NCBI GenBank assembly: GCA_020184695.1
Contig: JAANOX010000243.1
Span: 682,001-746,000, forward strand
DNA: 64,000 bases
Origin: Histomonas meleagridis 2922-C6/04-290x
Taxonomy: Eukaryota > Protista > Parabasalia
Reading direction: 5' to 3'
The notes below the pieces were generated by a model. That model was not told the DNA's origin and ran no database searches. It saw only the letters and a list, made by a program, of their open reading frames with translations. The position numbers and the translations under genes were made by a program. Below, piece by piece: positions 10,941 through 20,873 of the stretch (positions are counted from its first letter, which is position 1; each line of letters begins with the position of its first letter).

Positions 10941-12536
10941 CTATTTACAAAACCTTTCCTGATATTCTCTATTAAAGCTGATAGAGTCCTCAAGGTTTCT
11001 ATTTGCTCTTCTTCGTATTGCCTCAAGTTTCGTCAAATTCTTTTGGTCATATTCAAACTGACAATAGTCGAGCCAAACTTTGTCATTGTTCGATCCCCAT
11101 TTCGTAGTGTTTAGTTCGTGCAAACTTCGAATTTTTGAGTTATCGACAATTTTTTGGCTTTTAAGTATTTCGATTGAAACGTCGATGAATTCTGGAATCG
11201 GAACAATAATTGGCATTAACTCATTCATTAGGTCATATGCAACTTCTTCTCCGTATTGTAACAATGTGAATTTTAATGCTTTTGCAATTGATTCCGGTTT
11301 GATGTAAATAGCCTTTTGTTTAAGGATCATAATCCATTGTTCTGGTGGAATTTCTCTGACGGCTAAACAAAATACAAACTGATCATTCAATTCAGGCGTG
11401 TTAAATTTCTTAAGAAATTCTTCGCTCAAATTAATAAACGTATCGTTGTCGCTAACGGTCTCATTCAGCAAACGTAACTTTAACCGTCGCATTTCGGGTG
11501 TCAAATCGTCAGTGTTCAAGTAGTCCGAAGCTTCTTGGTATTCCTTCATGTTAAGAAGGAGTTCAACAAATGTAGCAACTTCGTTGTCATCAAATTCACC
11601 AATGTCATCAAGAATTTTTATCATTTCTTTCGGATTATTGTTTTTGCCAAGATATTCAGCATATTTGATCTTAAGCTCGCGTGAAGGATATTCTTGGATG
11701 AACTGTTCAAACTTGCCTTTGGGATTAGGATCGATCTCGGCAATGTAACAGAGAACATTTGGATCTTTGGTGGCAATTCCAAGATTTATGATTTCATCTG
11801 TTTCTTTCTCATATTTCTTGAAAAGTTCAAGGAAAAGGCGGACAACCTTTGGCTTGTCGTTACATTCGGAGAGAGCATTCTTAAAGATAAGAAGAGGCGC
11901 TTTGGTTGTATCAGAATTTTCAATAATGTTTTGAATTTCTCTTCTTCCTTCAATTTGTTTTGTAAGAGCAAGAATTGATTCGGCATATAACGCATATAAA
12001 CTAGGTTTTCCAGGTATTTTTTTGATGGCTTGTTCCATATATGATTTTGCTAATTCATGATTTCCGTTTTCATACATTTCCCATTTGGCTGCCCTCTTCC
12101 ATAACTTTGGCTCGTGACCATGAAGACGAACACATTCTGCAAATGCTGAATTTAATGATTTAATGGAATGTGTTTGTTGACAAAAATCAAAGTATGCATT
12201 CCAAACATCGAGGTTTCCTGAAAATCTGTGCGTGGCCCTTCTGAAAATTGAATGGATGTGCTTTGGCCAATCAGAATCAGAAAGAAGTCTTTGTGTAGAA
12301 TCAATTCCTTTTTCTGCTTTTCTTTGTTCAGTCAATTCCATAACAGCTGTTTCATACTGAATATAATTCATGAAGTTATCAATTTGTACATATTTTGATT
12401 GTAACTGGTATTCAAAAGAACGTCTTTTACGAATTATTTCTTTGACTTCTGGCTGAGTAAATATCCCGATTGAGATAAGTTGTTCAAATGTTGGAACATA
12501 TTTTTCTAATCTTTGCTCCACATTTTCGGAAGCCAT
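10941..12536 (-). CDS. UTP6: U3 snoRNA-associated protein 6 (HAT repeats)
   Basis: N-terminus 'VEQRLEKYVPTFEQLISIGIFTQPEVKEIIRKRRSFEYQL' is typical of Utp6; HAT repeats (LDVWNAYFDF, PKLWKRAAKWE). Confidence 0.85.
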   Translation of the reverse strand: MASENVEQRLEKYVPTFEQLISIGIFTQPEVKEIIRKRRSFEYQLQSKYVQIDNFMNYIQYETAVMELTEQRKAEKGIDSTQRLLSDSDWPKHIHSIFRRATHRFSGNLDVWNAYFDFCQQTHSIKSLNSAFAECVRLHGHEPKLWKRAAKWEMYENGNHELAKSYMEQAIKKIPGKPSLYALYAESILALTKQIEGRREIQNIIENSDTTKAPLLIFKNALSECNDKPKVVRLFLELFKKYEKETDEIINLGIATKDPNVLCYIAEIDPNPKGKFEQFIQEYPSRELKIKYAEYLGKNNNPKEMIKILDDIGEFDDNEVATFVELLLNMKEYQEASDYLNTDDLTPEMRRLKLRLLNETVSDNDTFINLSEEFLKKFNTPELNDQFVFCLAVREIPPEQWIMILKQKAIYIKPESIAKALKFTLLQYGEEVAYDLMNELMPIIVPIPEFIDVSIEILKSQKIVDNSKIRSLHELNTTKWGSNNDKVWLDYCQFEYDQKNLTKLEAIRRRANRNLEDSISFNREYQERFCK

Positions 12537-12949
12537 TGATTATGGTCGGGAAGGATTGAATTGGAACGAATTGTCGAAAAAAATTGTGAAAAAATTATAT
12601 TGTCTTGTTTTTCAATAACCACAGAAATTATTGAAAACGCCTTGTGAAATATTTCAGTATGTACAACAGCTTTTTGAGTCATGCCTTGATCAAGACCACA
12701 TAAAGGCTGCATATAAGAATAAGAAAACTTTTTACTTGCGTTTTCATATGGTTTAACTTCTTTAATTGCCATGAACGAAAATGCATTAAAATTGCATTAT
12801 TTATTTCAAAATCTCCATTAAAGTTATTTCTTATAGTTTTATAGGTAAATACAGATCTGTACTCTATGTTATTTTATTGAAGTTGAATGTTAAAAATTTA
12901 TCAATATCGAAATATATTAAATTTTATTTATATTAACAAAGAATGCATA

Positions 12950-14317
12950 TCAAGCATTTTCTTCTTGTTTACACTTTTTTATCAACTCTTTTAAGTGTAA
13001 AACTAATGCTGTAACCGCCGAAGAAGCATATTCAAACTTATGCGAAAGTGATTTCGGAGAATATGTGTCAATAAAATATTGCAAACTAAAGATATTTGGC
13101 AAATCCGATGTCAAATATATCCCAAGGAAAAGAGAAAACACGTCATCGAAACTTAAGAATCGATTTTGGTCGTCATCTTTTACGAACAAAACTCGCGATT
13201 CACGAACATATGATAAAGCCCTATCCACATAGTATAGCGCGTCGACCGGGTTTGTAACGAAAGATGAAACGTTTAGGTCAATAGCACCATTATTTAAAAT
13301 TTGAAATGAGTGAATAAATTCTCGAATACTAATTTCCGGTTTTATAGGAAAATCATCTGGAAACCGATAGTTCTTTACTGGTATAAGTGATATTTTCGAT
13401 ATGTATTCGAAGTTGCTATTTAAATCAAGAAAAAGAAAATTCGAATGCTTCTCGTATAAACGGTCGAAAATGATGCGATAGAAAATCATCAGCGAAACAC
13501 TTAACTCGTTTGTTGTTTTAGACTGTGCATTAGGTATTATAGAATAACAAAAATCAAAAACTTGACTAACAAAATTAGAGTTAGGAATAGTTCCAATAGT
13601 TTCAACAAGATTATCAATTTTCTCTAAAAGTTGTGTTTGGCTAGAAAAAATGGCTTTAGATATGTAGGTTTCCTCTGGAACACATAGAGAGTATGATAAT
13701 GAACTATCAAATTGTTTCATTGCATTTTCAATAGCTTGATCAAAATAACTTGGGAAATCACAAACCCATAGTGGTGGCTCAAGACTTTCCAAAAATTTCA
13801 CGTTACGATGTAAATATGATTGTAACCGATGAATTTTAACATTAATCTTTTGATATGATATTGGTTTACTTTCTGTGAAAAAAGATTCAGGTATCTGTAT
13901 AACTATATTGTTTGGTATGATTGACGCATAATTAGTGAATAATTTTAACAGCTTTTTAGCATCATCCATGTGATTCATAATTACGTTTAGTGTAACACTA
14001 AGTGATTTTACTTCCAACTGACGTATTTTGTAACTTACATATTTGACTTTTCTTTTTGATGTAAGAATTAAATTATCTCCTTCTTTAAAATTTGCAAGTT
14101 TTATGAGTGACTCTTGGGACTTGCTCATCATAGCCTCGACAATTTTGTGTGACTTCTTATCTAATTTTTTTATTAAAGAAGTTAGAGGATTTATCATATT
14201 TTTAATTTTACTAGAATTTTGATTTTTTGGAGATTTGTTTTCTTGGTCAATGAAAAAGAAGTAACGACTGAGATTTTGATTTTTGCTTAGCCAGTCTTGG
14301 AAATTTTGATTATTCAT
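12950..14317 (-). CDS. Hypothetical protein with a C-terminal VPS9-like helical region
   Basis: 455-aa ORF. 'NPVDALYYVDRAL...LSFDDVFSLFLGIYL' resembles the VPS9 acidic motif and matches the same region of 23822..25234. Confidence 0.5.
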   Translation of the reverse strand: MNNQNFQDWLSKNQNLSRYFFFIDQENKSPKNQNSSKIKNMINPLTSLIKKLDKKSHKIVEAMMSKSQESLIKLANFKEGDNLILTSKRKVKYVSYKIRQLEVKSLSVTLNVIMNHMDDAKKLLKLFTNYASIIPNNIVIQIPESFFTESKPISYQKINVKIHRLQSYLHRNVKFLESLEPPLWVCDFPSYFDQAIENAMKQFDSSLSYSLCVPEETYISKAIFSSQTQLLEKIDNLVETIGTIPNSNFVSQVFDFCYSIIPNAQSKTTNELSVSLMIFYRIIFDRLYEKHSNFLFLDLNSNFEYISKISLIPVKNYRFPDDFPIKPEISIREFIHSFQILNNGAIDLNVSSFVTNPVDALYYVDRALSYVRESRVLFVKDDDQNRFLSFDDVFSLFLGIYLTSDLPNIFSLQYFIDTYSPKSLSHKFEYASSAVTALVLHLKELIKKCKQEENA

Positions 14318-14616
14318 GAAAGAATAGGCTTAAGCAAAAGTGACAAACCGTTCAATATTATATTAACGGTCGATTTACAGTAGATCTATAAACACAAAAA
14401 TATGATACACAAAACTTACATTAAATGCACATAAAAAAAAACAACAACAAAAAAAAACAAATGAATTTCTTCAATTAAAGAATAAAAATTTTTTTATTCA
14501 TTTTATTTAGTTGTGATATGACTTCAGTCGATGGAATCTTTTGAAAAAATCCAAAATGAAACCATGTGGAAAATCTGGTGACAATATAAAAAAATATCTG
14601 GAAAACAAAGAAATCT

Positions 14617-15027
14617 TTACTTTGACCTTCCAAGTTTTTGGAGAGCTTTTTCACGATTTTGACGCTTTTTCTCTATGAGGTTCTTACGATATTTATCCAT
14701 TTTGATCTTTGTGATTACAACATTAGAAGGATGGATTGGGATGAAAACTGTTTCATTACTGATCTTTTGTTTCGTTACAGATTCAATGTTAATACGCATT
14801 GAAGAGAGCTTGACAGCAACAACGCGTCCTGTACGCTTTTTCATTTGTCCACGTACGACCTCTACTTCATCATCACGACGGATAGGAAGACGTTTGATTC
14901 CGTATTGTTTCTGTAGATCCTTATTAAGTGGAGCAGACATTGCAATGTGCTTTTCCTCTTTTGTTGCATTGAAGAAAGCTTTGCGAACCTTACGAGCCTG
15001 TGATGAAACGAATGGATTTGTTTTCAT
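14617..15027 (-). CDS. RPL26: 60S ribosomal protein L26 (uL24)
   Basis: 'NPFVSSQARKVRKAFFNA...MSAPLNKDLQKQYGIKRLPIRRDDEVEVVRG...IHPSNVVITK'. Confidence 0.97.
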   Translation of the reverse strand: MKTNPFVSSQARKVRKAFFNATKEEKHIAMSAPLNKDLQKQYGIKRLPIRRDDEVEVVRGQMKKRTGRVVAVKLSSMRINIESVTKQKISNETVFIPIHPSNVVITKIKMDKYRKNLIEKKRQNREKALQKLGRSK

Positions 15028-15032
15028 ATGTC

Positions 15033-15062
15033 AAAGGAAGGACCATAAACTTTAACGGTCTC
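15033..15062 (-). promoter_or_regulatory. Trichomonad-type core promoter of RPL26: M3-like GAGACCGTTA plus M5 CCTTT
   Basis: On the minus strand, CCTTT (15033-15037) lies 5 nt before the ATG and GACCGTTA (15053-15060) lies upstream. These match the T. vaginalis M5 and M3 (Myb-like) elements. Confidence 0.65.
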
Positions 15063-15253
15063 ACAAAAAACGGTGACATTTTTATCCATTAATTGGCATG
15101 AGAAAAATTGTGAGAAAAAATCAATATCGCCTATGACACAAACATTTTCTCACAATTTTATCTATCGTTTGATATGTTTGCCTGGACGAAATTTCACTCA
15201 ATAATACTTTCTAAATCTGATAATCTCTAGAAACCATCAAGTTTCAATGTAAA

Positions 15254-16147
15254 ATGAGCGATAAATATTCTTTCAAAAAAAGCAGTTATTTAACAAACTC
15301 ACTTTTGTTGAATTTTATTGAAACGACTTTTTGTTTGCAAAATCAGCGTTTTTCAATTAGGATAAAAATGGACTACGTCATCCAGATGAACCTTCTTTCA
15401 GTTAACCTATCGCAAAGCATCCTTAGCAACTTTGCTAAGCTAAATCAAGACATGTTTTTTGTTGATATAGCATGTACTGGTTCCACTCAATCCATCAAAG
15501 CACCAATTCATGTTTCTACTTCAACAATAAATCAAAAAGTCTCTCTTGTAGCTAGGTGTGAAAATATGAACAAAGCCTGTATGTATTTTTCGTTTTCTAT
15601 AATTTCACCAAATAGCCAAAAAATGATTGTATTTGCAAAATCTAAAATTTTATTAGCTTCCCTCCAAACAGGAACCGAAGTTCAATTGGAAGTACCTCTT
15701 ATGGCTAAAGCTAGCCAAGTGGCATCGATTTCCTTAATGTGCTTAATTCAAAATCATGTAAGTAAGCGATCAAATACAACTGCAAAATTTTTACCATCAC
15801 CTCAGCTCCAGCTGCCAGCAAGACGCGAATATCAAAATTCGTCCACAATTCATTTTCGAAAATCTTTGCCAATTGAAAATGGCCCTGATCACGTTGAGAG
15901 GCAGCATTCTTCCACATCTAAAGTACTTACGTCACGCCCACATCGATCTAATTCAAAAAGAAAGCACAATTCCATTCATATTGATTCAGACAATCTCAAT
16001 AAGTCAGACACAACTCCTTCACAATACGGAGTTTCTTCAGAGAATGCTAACGGTTTCAATTATGATCAAAATGCAAACCCACAACTCCAAATTGGTGAAG
16101 CACATTTTCACAAAGAAAAGAAAGTCAGAAGCCAATACTATTTTTAA
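15254..16147 (+). CDS. Hypothetical protein with a possible N-terminal C2-like beta-sandwich and a low-complexity tail
   Basis: 297-aa ORF with alternating hydrophobic beta-strand patterns followed by a Ser/His-rich tail. The start may be the downstream MDYVIQ. Confidence 0.5.
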   Translation: MSDKYSFKKSSYLTNSLLLNFIETTFCLQNQRFSIRIKMDYVIQMNLLSVNLSQSILSNFAKLNQDMFFVDIACTGSTQSIKAPIHVSTSTINQKVSLVARCENMNKACMYFSFSIISPNSQKMIVFAKSKILLASLQTGTEVQLEVPLMAKASQVASISLMCLIQNHVSKRSNTTAKFLPSPQLQLPARREYQNSSTIHFRKSLPIENGPDHVERQHSSTSKVLTSRPHRSNSKRKHNSIHIDSDNLNKSDTTPSQYGVSSENANGFNYDQNANPQLQIGEAHFHKEKKVRSQYYF

Positions 16148-16541
16148 GCCGCACATATAGATATACGGTGTCTTAGTGTGACCACAAGACAACGGAACTG
16201 TTAAAACAAATTTTCAATAAAATGATAAGTAAATAATACAATTTCTTATTGTGAAGTGACTAAACGTCTTTAAACGGTCTCCTGTCTTTCATTTGTTAAC
16301 AAATGAACAATTGCTGTGTCTGACATTTATGTACCTATTTCTTCGTGAACTTACAAGGATTCACAAATAAGAAGTGTCTAAAACAGTTTCCAAATAATTT
16401 TTTACAATATAAAATAAATTTAATTTAATCCATTCGATGTCAGACACAGACTTCCACAAATTGATGAGCAAACGATGGCGTCGGCGTGCGTATGTTTGGT
16501 AATCACAAAGACAGCGATAAAGAAAACTTTGACTTTATTAA

Positions 16542-18431
16542 TTATTTCTTTTTCTTTTCCTTCTTTTCCTTTTTCTTGTCATCTTTTTTCTTCGACTTCT
16601 TGTCGTCTTTCTTTTTCTTTTCTTTCGTCTTCACAAACATATAATCACTTCTTACATCGGATAATGTTGTGCTCTTCTTTTGGTTATCCGAGTGCTTTTG
16701 TTTGTACAGCTTCAGCACCTTCTTCATTGAGTCATCTTTCTTGTCTTTCTTCGATTTAGGAGTTAAACTAATGAATTCATCCAAATGCTCGAGATCGTCA
16801 AAAGTCAACTGGAATTCTTCAAGCGAACCAATGAGCTGCTCTGGTTTTTTCTTTAGCGTCTGGAGTTTGTTAATAATTAATGATCCTGCGCAATCATATA
16901 ATTCATCGTGTGTAATTCCGCATGTATTTTGTAGTCGCGATGATATCTCTGTTCGATATCGATCAAGTTTATCATGTTTGCTAATAAATCCGTAGAACTT
17001 TGGTAATGTCAAAGATGTGATTGGTGATTCAGGATCAACATACAATGAAGGTATCAAGCATGAAACCACACACTCGGGATTCAACAAGTCCCAAGAGTTA
17101 GTTGATCGCATTACGGTATCGATTTCATCACCAATAGATATGTTATCAAGTTGTTCGAATAAGTCATGATGATTCGAAAATGTTATATTCCCTTCAACGA
17201 ACAATGGTACAGCTGAGTAATCGCAGAAAAAGGCATTAAACTTCTCGTCGATTGTCGATTCCTCAGAAAAGATTTTCAGGGTGGCCGTTATGTTGTCGGT
17301 TATTTCGACATCTTTTTCAAAGAAATAACTGCTGCCGGTCCAATATTGAAGAGAATTGATGGCGTAACGAATGTCCCCTTTGGATTCATTCGCAATAAGC
17401 TGAAGTTGTTCATCCGTAATTTCAATCCCTTCTTCAGTGCTAATATGTTTGAGGCGTTCAAAGATTTTATCTTCGGGAGGTTCAGAAAATGAGACACTTA
17501 ATGAGACTTTAAGAAGTGGTTCAACCTTCTTGTCATTGATGTTGTTACAAATACAGATGATAGGAACTTTGGTCGTCTTGGCAAATGAACTTAATGTTGC
17601 TATTCCTCCTCTATCTCCACTTGACATTCCATCAACTTCGTCAAAAATTAATACAGTCTTGTTCATTAACTTTTTGGCTTCTTTCGGTTGGAATGTTAAG
17701 GAATCTGTTGTATTGAATATTTCTTGAAGAGCAGATTTGGAACGAACATCACTAGCATTAAACTCATTAACAGTATACCCACAGAGATTACATATTAATG
17801 AAGCTGAAGTGCTTTTTCCAATTCCTGGCTTGCCACTGATAAGAGCAATTTTTTTATCTTTCTTGGAGAAATTTGTTAGCCAGTCCTTTAATTGGTTAAT
17901 TGGGCCTTTATTACCTATGATATCTCCAAGTGACCTCGGACGATATTTTTCTGTTAAAAGTGAAGATATTGGAAATTGTTTTTCTGATAACTGAATTCCT
18001 TTGGACTCATCTTCTTTCTCTTCAGCCTTTTCTGCCTTTGGTTGGTTTGGATTAGAATCAGATATGATTTTGAATAAACCTTCTTGATCAATAATTGGAA
18101 TATTTTTCTTTTTAGCATCTTCAAGTTTCTTTGGCCCAACTTCTTGGCATCCTCTAATGACAATATCAGTTTTTCCACTGATATTGGAAAGTACTTTTCC
18201 GCCATATTTTTCAATGAGATCTTTTGCTTCTTCTCTACGTAAAGAAGGAAGAGTACCGGTGATAACGAAATTTAAATCTTTAAGACAACCTTGTGTACCG
18301 ATAGGAATTGGAATTTGACCATATTGAGGTGGATTATCTCCCATCCCATAACGAAATCCGGTGTTATAAGTAAAAGTGGATGTTGCTGGTGGTAAAGGTG
18401 GTAAAACCTTTGCAACTTTTCTAGGCGGCAT
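16542..18431 (-). CDS. RFC1: Replication factor C subunit 1 (BRCT + AAA+)
   Basis: BRCT 'CLKDLNFVITGTLPSLRREEAKDLIEKYGG', 'LLTEKYRP', Walker A GKPGIGKS, 'FDEVDGMSSGDRGG'. Confidence 0.95.
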   Translation of the reverse strand: MPPRKVAKVLPPLPPATSTFTYNTGFRYGMGDNPPQYGQIPIPIGTQGCLKDLNFVITGTLPSLRREEAKDLIEKYGGKVLSNISGKTDIVIRGCQEVGPKKLEDAKKKNIPIIDQEGLFKIISDSNPNQPKAEKAEEKEDESKGIQLSEKQFPISSLLTEKYRPRSLGDIIGNKGPINQLKDWLTNFSKKDKKIALISGKPGIGKSTSASLICNLCGYTVNEFNASDVRSKSALQEIFNTTDSLTFQPKEAKKLMNKTVLIFDEVDGMSSGDRGGIATLSSFAKTTKVPIICICNNINDKKVEPLLKVSLSVSFSEPPEDKIFERLKHISTEEGIEITDEQLQLIANESKGDIRYAINSLQYWTGSSYFFEKDVEITDNITATLKIFSEESTIDEKFNAFFCDYSAVPLFVEGNITFSNHHDLFEQLDNISIGDEIDTVMRSTNSWDLLNPECVVSCLIPSLYVDPESPITSLTLPKFYGFISKHDKLDRYRTEISSRLQNTCGITHDELYDCAGSLIINKLQTLKKKPEQLIGSLEEFQLTFDDLEHLDEFISLTPKSKKDKKDDSMKKVLKLYKQKHSDNQKKSTTLSDVRSDYMFVKTKEKKKKDDKKSKKKDDKKKEKKEKKKK

Positions 18432-18654
18432 CCTTTATTCGAAATAAAATCGGTTTTGACAAATGTGAATTGCTTTTATTAAACGGTTTCTATTCAATAC
18501 AAACGTTCGCTTGAAGAAGGAACAAACGTTCACTTTTTGGAGTAAAGAAATCGATTCTCATGAATCAATTATTACTCATGTGAAAAAATGAAGTGTGATC
18601 GCTTCAATACATTGGCGAAAACAATTGTGAAACAGTTTCAATTTTTTTTGGTTC

Positions 18655-19404
18655 TCACGATGTGCTTCCTGCACTTGAACCAAGTCGACTTGGTTGCGGT
18701 GTTGAATCAAACGAGCGAAACGTATACGTATGTGAATCAGTAAATGGAAGAGGATCTGTGGATGGTTCATTTGCAGGTGGAGGGATAACTGTATGGAAAA
18801 CTGAATTAACTTGTCTAATACTTGGACAATTTGGACAATTATCTTGAATGCTTTGATTCCGCTTTTGTGTTTGCATCATTGCTTTATGGAATTTTTTGGA
18901 GTTTAACTCAATTTTATCAAAAGAAATATCTCGTGATCTAAGGACTTCTAATGATACTCCGGTGTTCGCTTGGAATGTCCTAATGTTATCTATGCTACCA
19001 AAGCCTTTTGGAATCGTTCTTCTAAATTCAAAATCAACAGTTAGACATGATTTGGACCGATTCATAGAGCCTTTCACGAAAAGATAGAGTATAGTTCCCT
19101 CACTAATACCATAAGTTTTAAGATGTTCATCATTTTCTAGAATAATTCCTCTAAAAATAAGTTGTTGACGAGAGATCAAGTAATTGTAATTTTCTTGTAG
19201 AATGCATTTAAGATCAAAAACCGTGGACTTTTCATCGACTGAAAGAACGTGTGCAATTTCGCTTCCAATTCGAATGAAAATCTGCATCCAATGCTCGCAA
19301 GGAACCAGCTGAATAACCGCTAAGATATCTTCACAACTTTTTGAACAGCGCTTTGAATTCTGGACCAGAATTAAAATCTTCAACGAATCTCTAAATAAAA
19401 ACAA
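18655..19404 (-). CDS. Ubiquitin-like domain protein
   Basis: 'STVFDLKCILQENYNYLISRQQLIFRGIILENDEHLKTYGISEGTILYL' is a ubiquitin-fold signature. The start codon is uncertain. Confidence 0.7.
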   Translation of the reverse strand: MFLFRDSLKILILVQNSKRCSKSCEDILAVIQLVPCEHWMQIFIRIGSEIAHVLSVDEKSTVFDLKCILQENYNYLISRQQLIFRGIILENDEHLKTYGISEGTILYLFVKGSMNRSKSCLTVDFEFRRTIPKGFGSIDNIRTFQANTGVSLEVLRSRDISFDKIELNSKKFHKAMMQTQKRNQSIQDNCPNCPSIRQVNSVFHTVIPPPANEPSTDPLPFTDSHTYTFRSFDSTPQPSRLGSSAGSTS

Positions 19405-19616
19405 GATTTTTTGAAATCATTTACTGTTGTATTAACTCAAGAAGATAAGTTCTTGAATTCTACATGTTCATTTTAATTTAATATAATTTCATCTAAAAAT
19501 AATTATGAGATATATTCCAATAATTTTAAAAAAAATGATTTATTATTAATGTTAAAAAAACATTTTCTTTTAATATGGTTTAATGAATTAAATTTCAAAA
19601 TATATATTATTAGATA

Positions 19617-20447
19617 TCACATTTTTCGTTCTCTAATTTCTTGTTCTTCAATATATTTTCTTACAAGAGCAGGAGGGCGCCTGGAACTTCTAAGCGAAGG
19701 ACCTCTTTTCCTATAGTAACCATTCAACATTTCTTCTTTTTTGGGTGTTTCTATATTTTCAGTTTCTTCAGAATTTAATTTTTGTTTGTGTTTCGCTTTT
19801 GTTTGTGTTTCTGGTAAATCCAGCTGCTTTTGCTTTTGTGCTTTTGTTTGTTTTAATATAGGTTTTATGGGTGAATCATTGGTTATGTTTGATTCGCAAT
19901 GATGTCTTCTATTGTTTTTTACAATTTTATTTTCTTCATTTTGTATGTGTTGTTGGAACGGTTTTTCCTTTTGCATTGCTTCATTATTATGGTGTGCATT
20001 GTGTTTTACTTCTTCCTTTTTTGTTTGAATCTTTTTACTTGTTTGAACTGGATCTGATTTTTCATCTTTATGAATGTACTTAAATTTTCTTTTCTTTTTT
20101 GTCATTTCTTTTGTGATATTAGGATTTGATTGAGTTTCTTTTTTATTTGTTTCTTTTATTTTGTGTTTGTTGTGTGATTTCTCCTTGAGAGGGGTATCAT
20201 GACTTGTTTTTGTTATTTTTTCTATGAATAAGGTTTTATTTTCAGCATGTAAAGTTTTAATTCTTCGCTTTTTAGGAGGCTCTATTTGTGCTTCATTTAC
20301 ACTTCCTTCTTTTTTAATTAAATCTTTTTCTTCATGCTTTTTGTTTACATTCTTTAATTCTTTAGAATGATGATGACTTCTTGTTCGTGGTCTATACATT
20401 TGTTTCCTTGTTTTTTCATTAATGTCATTCGAAATAGCATGTGACAT
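19617..20447 (-). CDS. Lys/His/Glu-rich low-complexity hypothetical protein
   Basis: ATG-initiated 276-aa open frame, highly charged, no domain recognised. Confidence 0.55.
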   Translation of the reverse strand: MSHAISNDINEKTRKQMYRPRTRSHHHSKELKNVNKKHEEKDLIKKEGSVNEAQIEPPKKRRIKTLHAENKTLFIEKITKTSHDTPLKEKSHNKHKIKETNKKETQSNPNITKEMTKKKRKFKYIHKDEKSDPVQTSKKIQTKKEEVKHNAHHNNEAMQKEKPFQQHIQNEENKIVKNNRRHHCESNITNDSPIKPILKQTKAQKQKQLDLPETQTKAKHKQKLNSEETENIETPKKEEMLNGYYRKRGPSLRSSRRPPALVRKYIEEQEIRERKM

Positions 20448-20873
20448 TTTTAATGAGGTGGAATGATATACTAAAAGGTTTAAAAATGAGTTAAAACGTA
20501 TTGAAATTTTAGTAATTTTTCAGTCTTTTAGCAAAATCTTAAAAAAAAAAATATATTGAAACTTTAAATAATTTGACTTTAAATAATTTATATATTTACA
20601 GTGTTTATAAACAAATAAATATGATTTAAAATAGAATTGGAAAATTAAATTTAAAAACGAATTGCTTTGCAAAGCAATTTCTCAAATTTGTAAACTGTTT
20701 ATATTATTTTTTTTTCCTGAATCACATTTTACTTTATTCATCTTCTACTGAATAACAACGATAGAAAGTTTTATCGTTTGATGAGTGTTAATGAGGGTTT
20801 TGAATCCAAAGGCGATCACTTTTTGTATCGACTTTTAACGTTCAACCTATAAATAAACGTATATCATTTTGGG

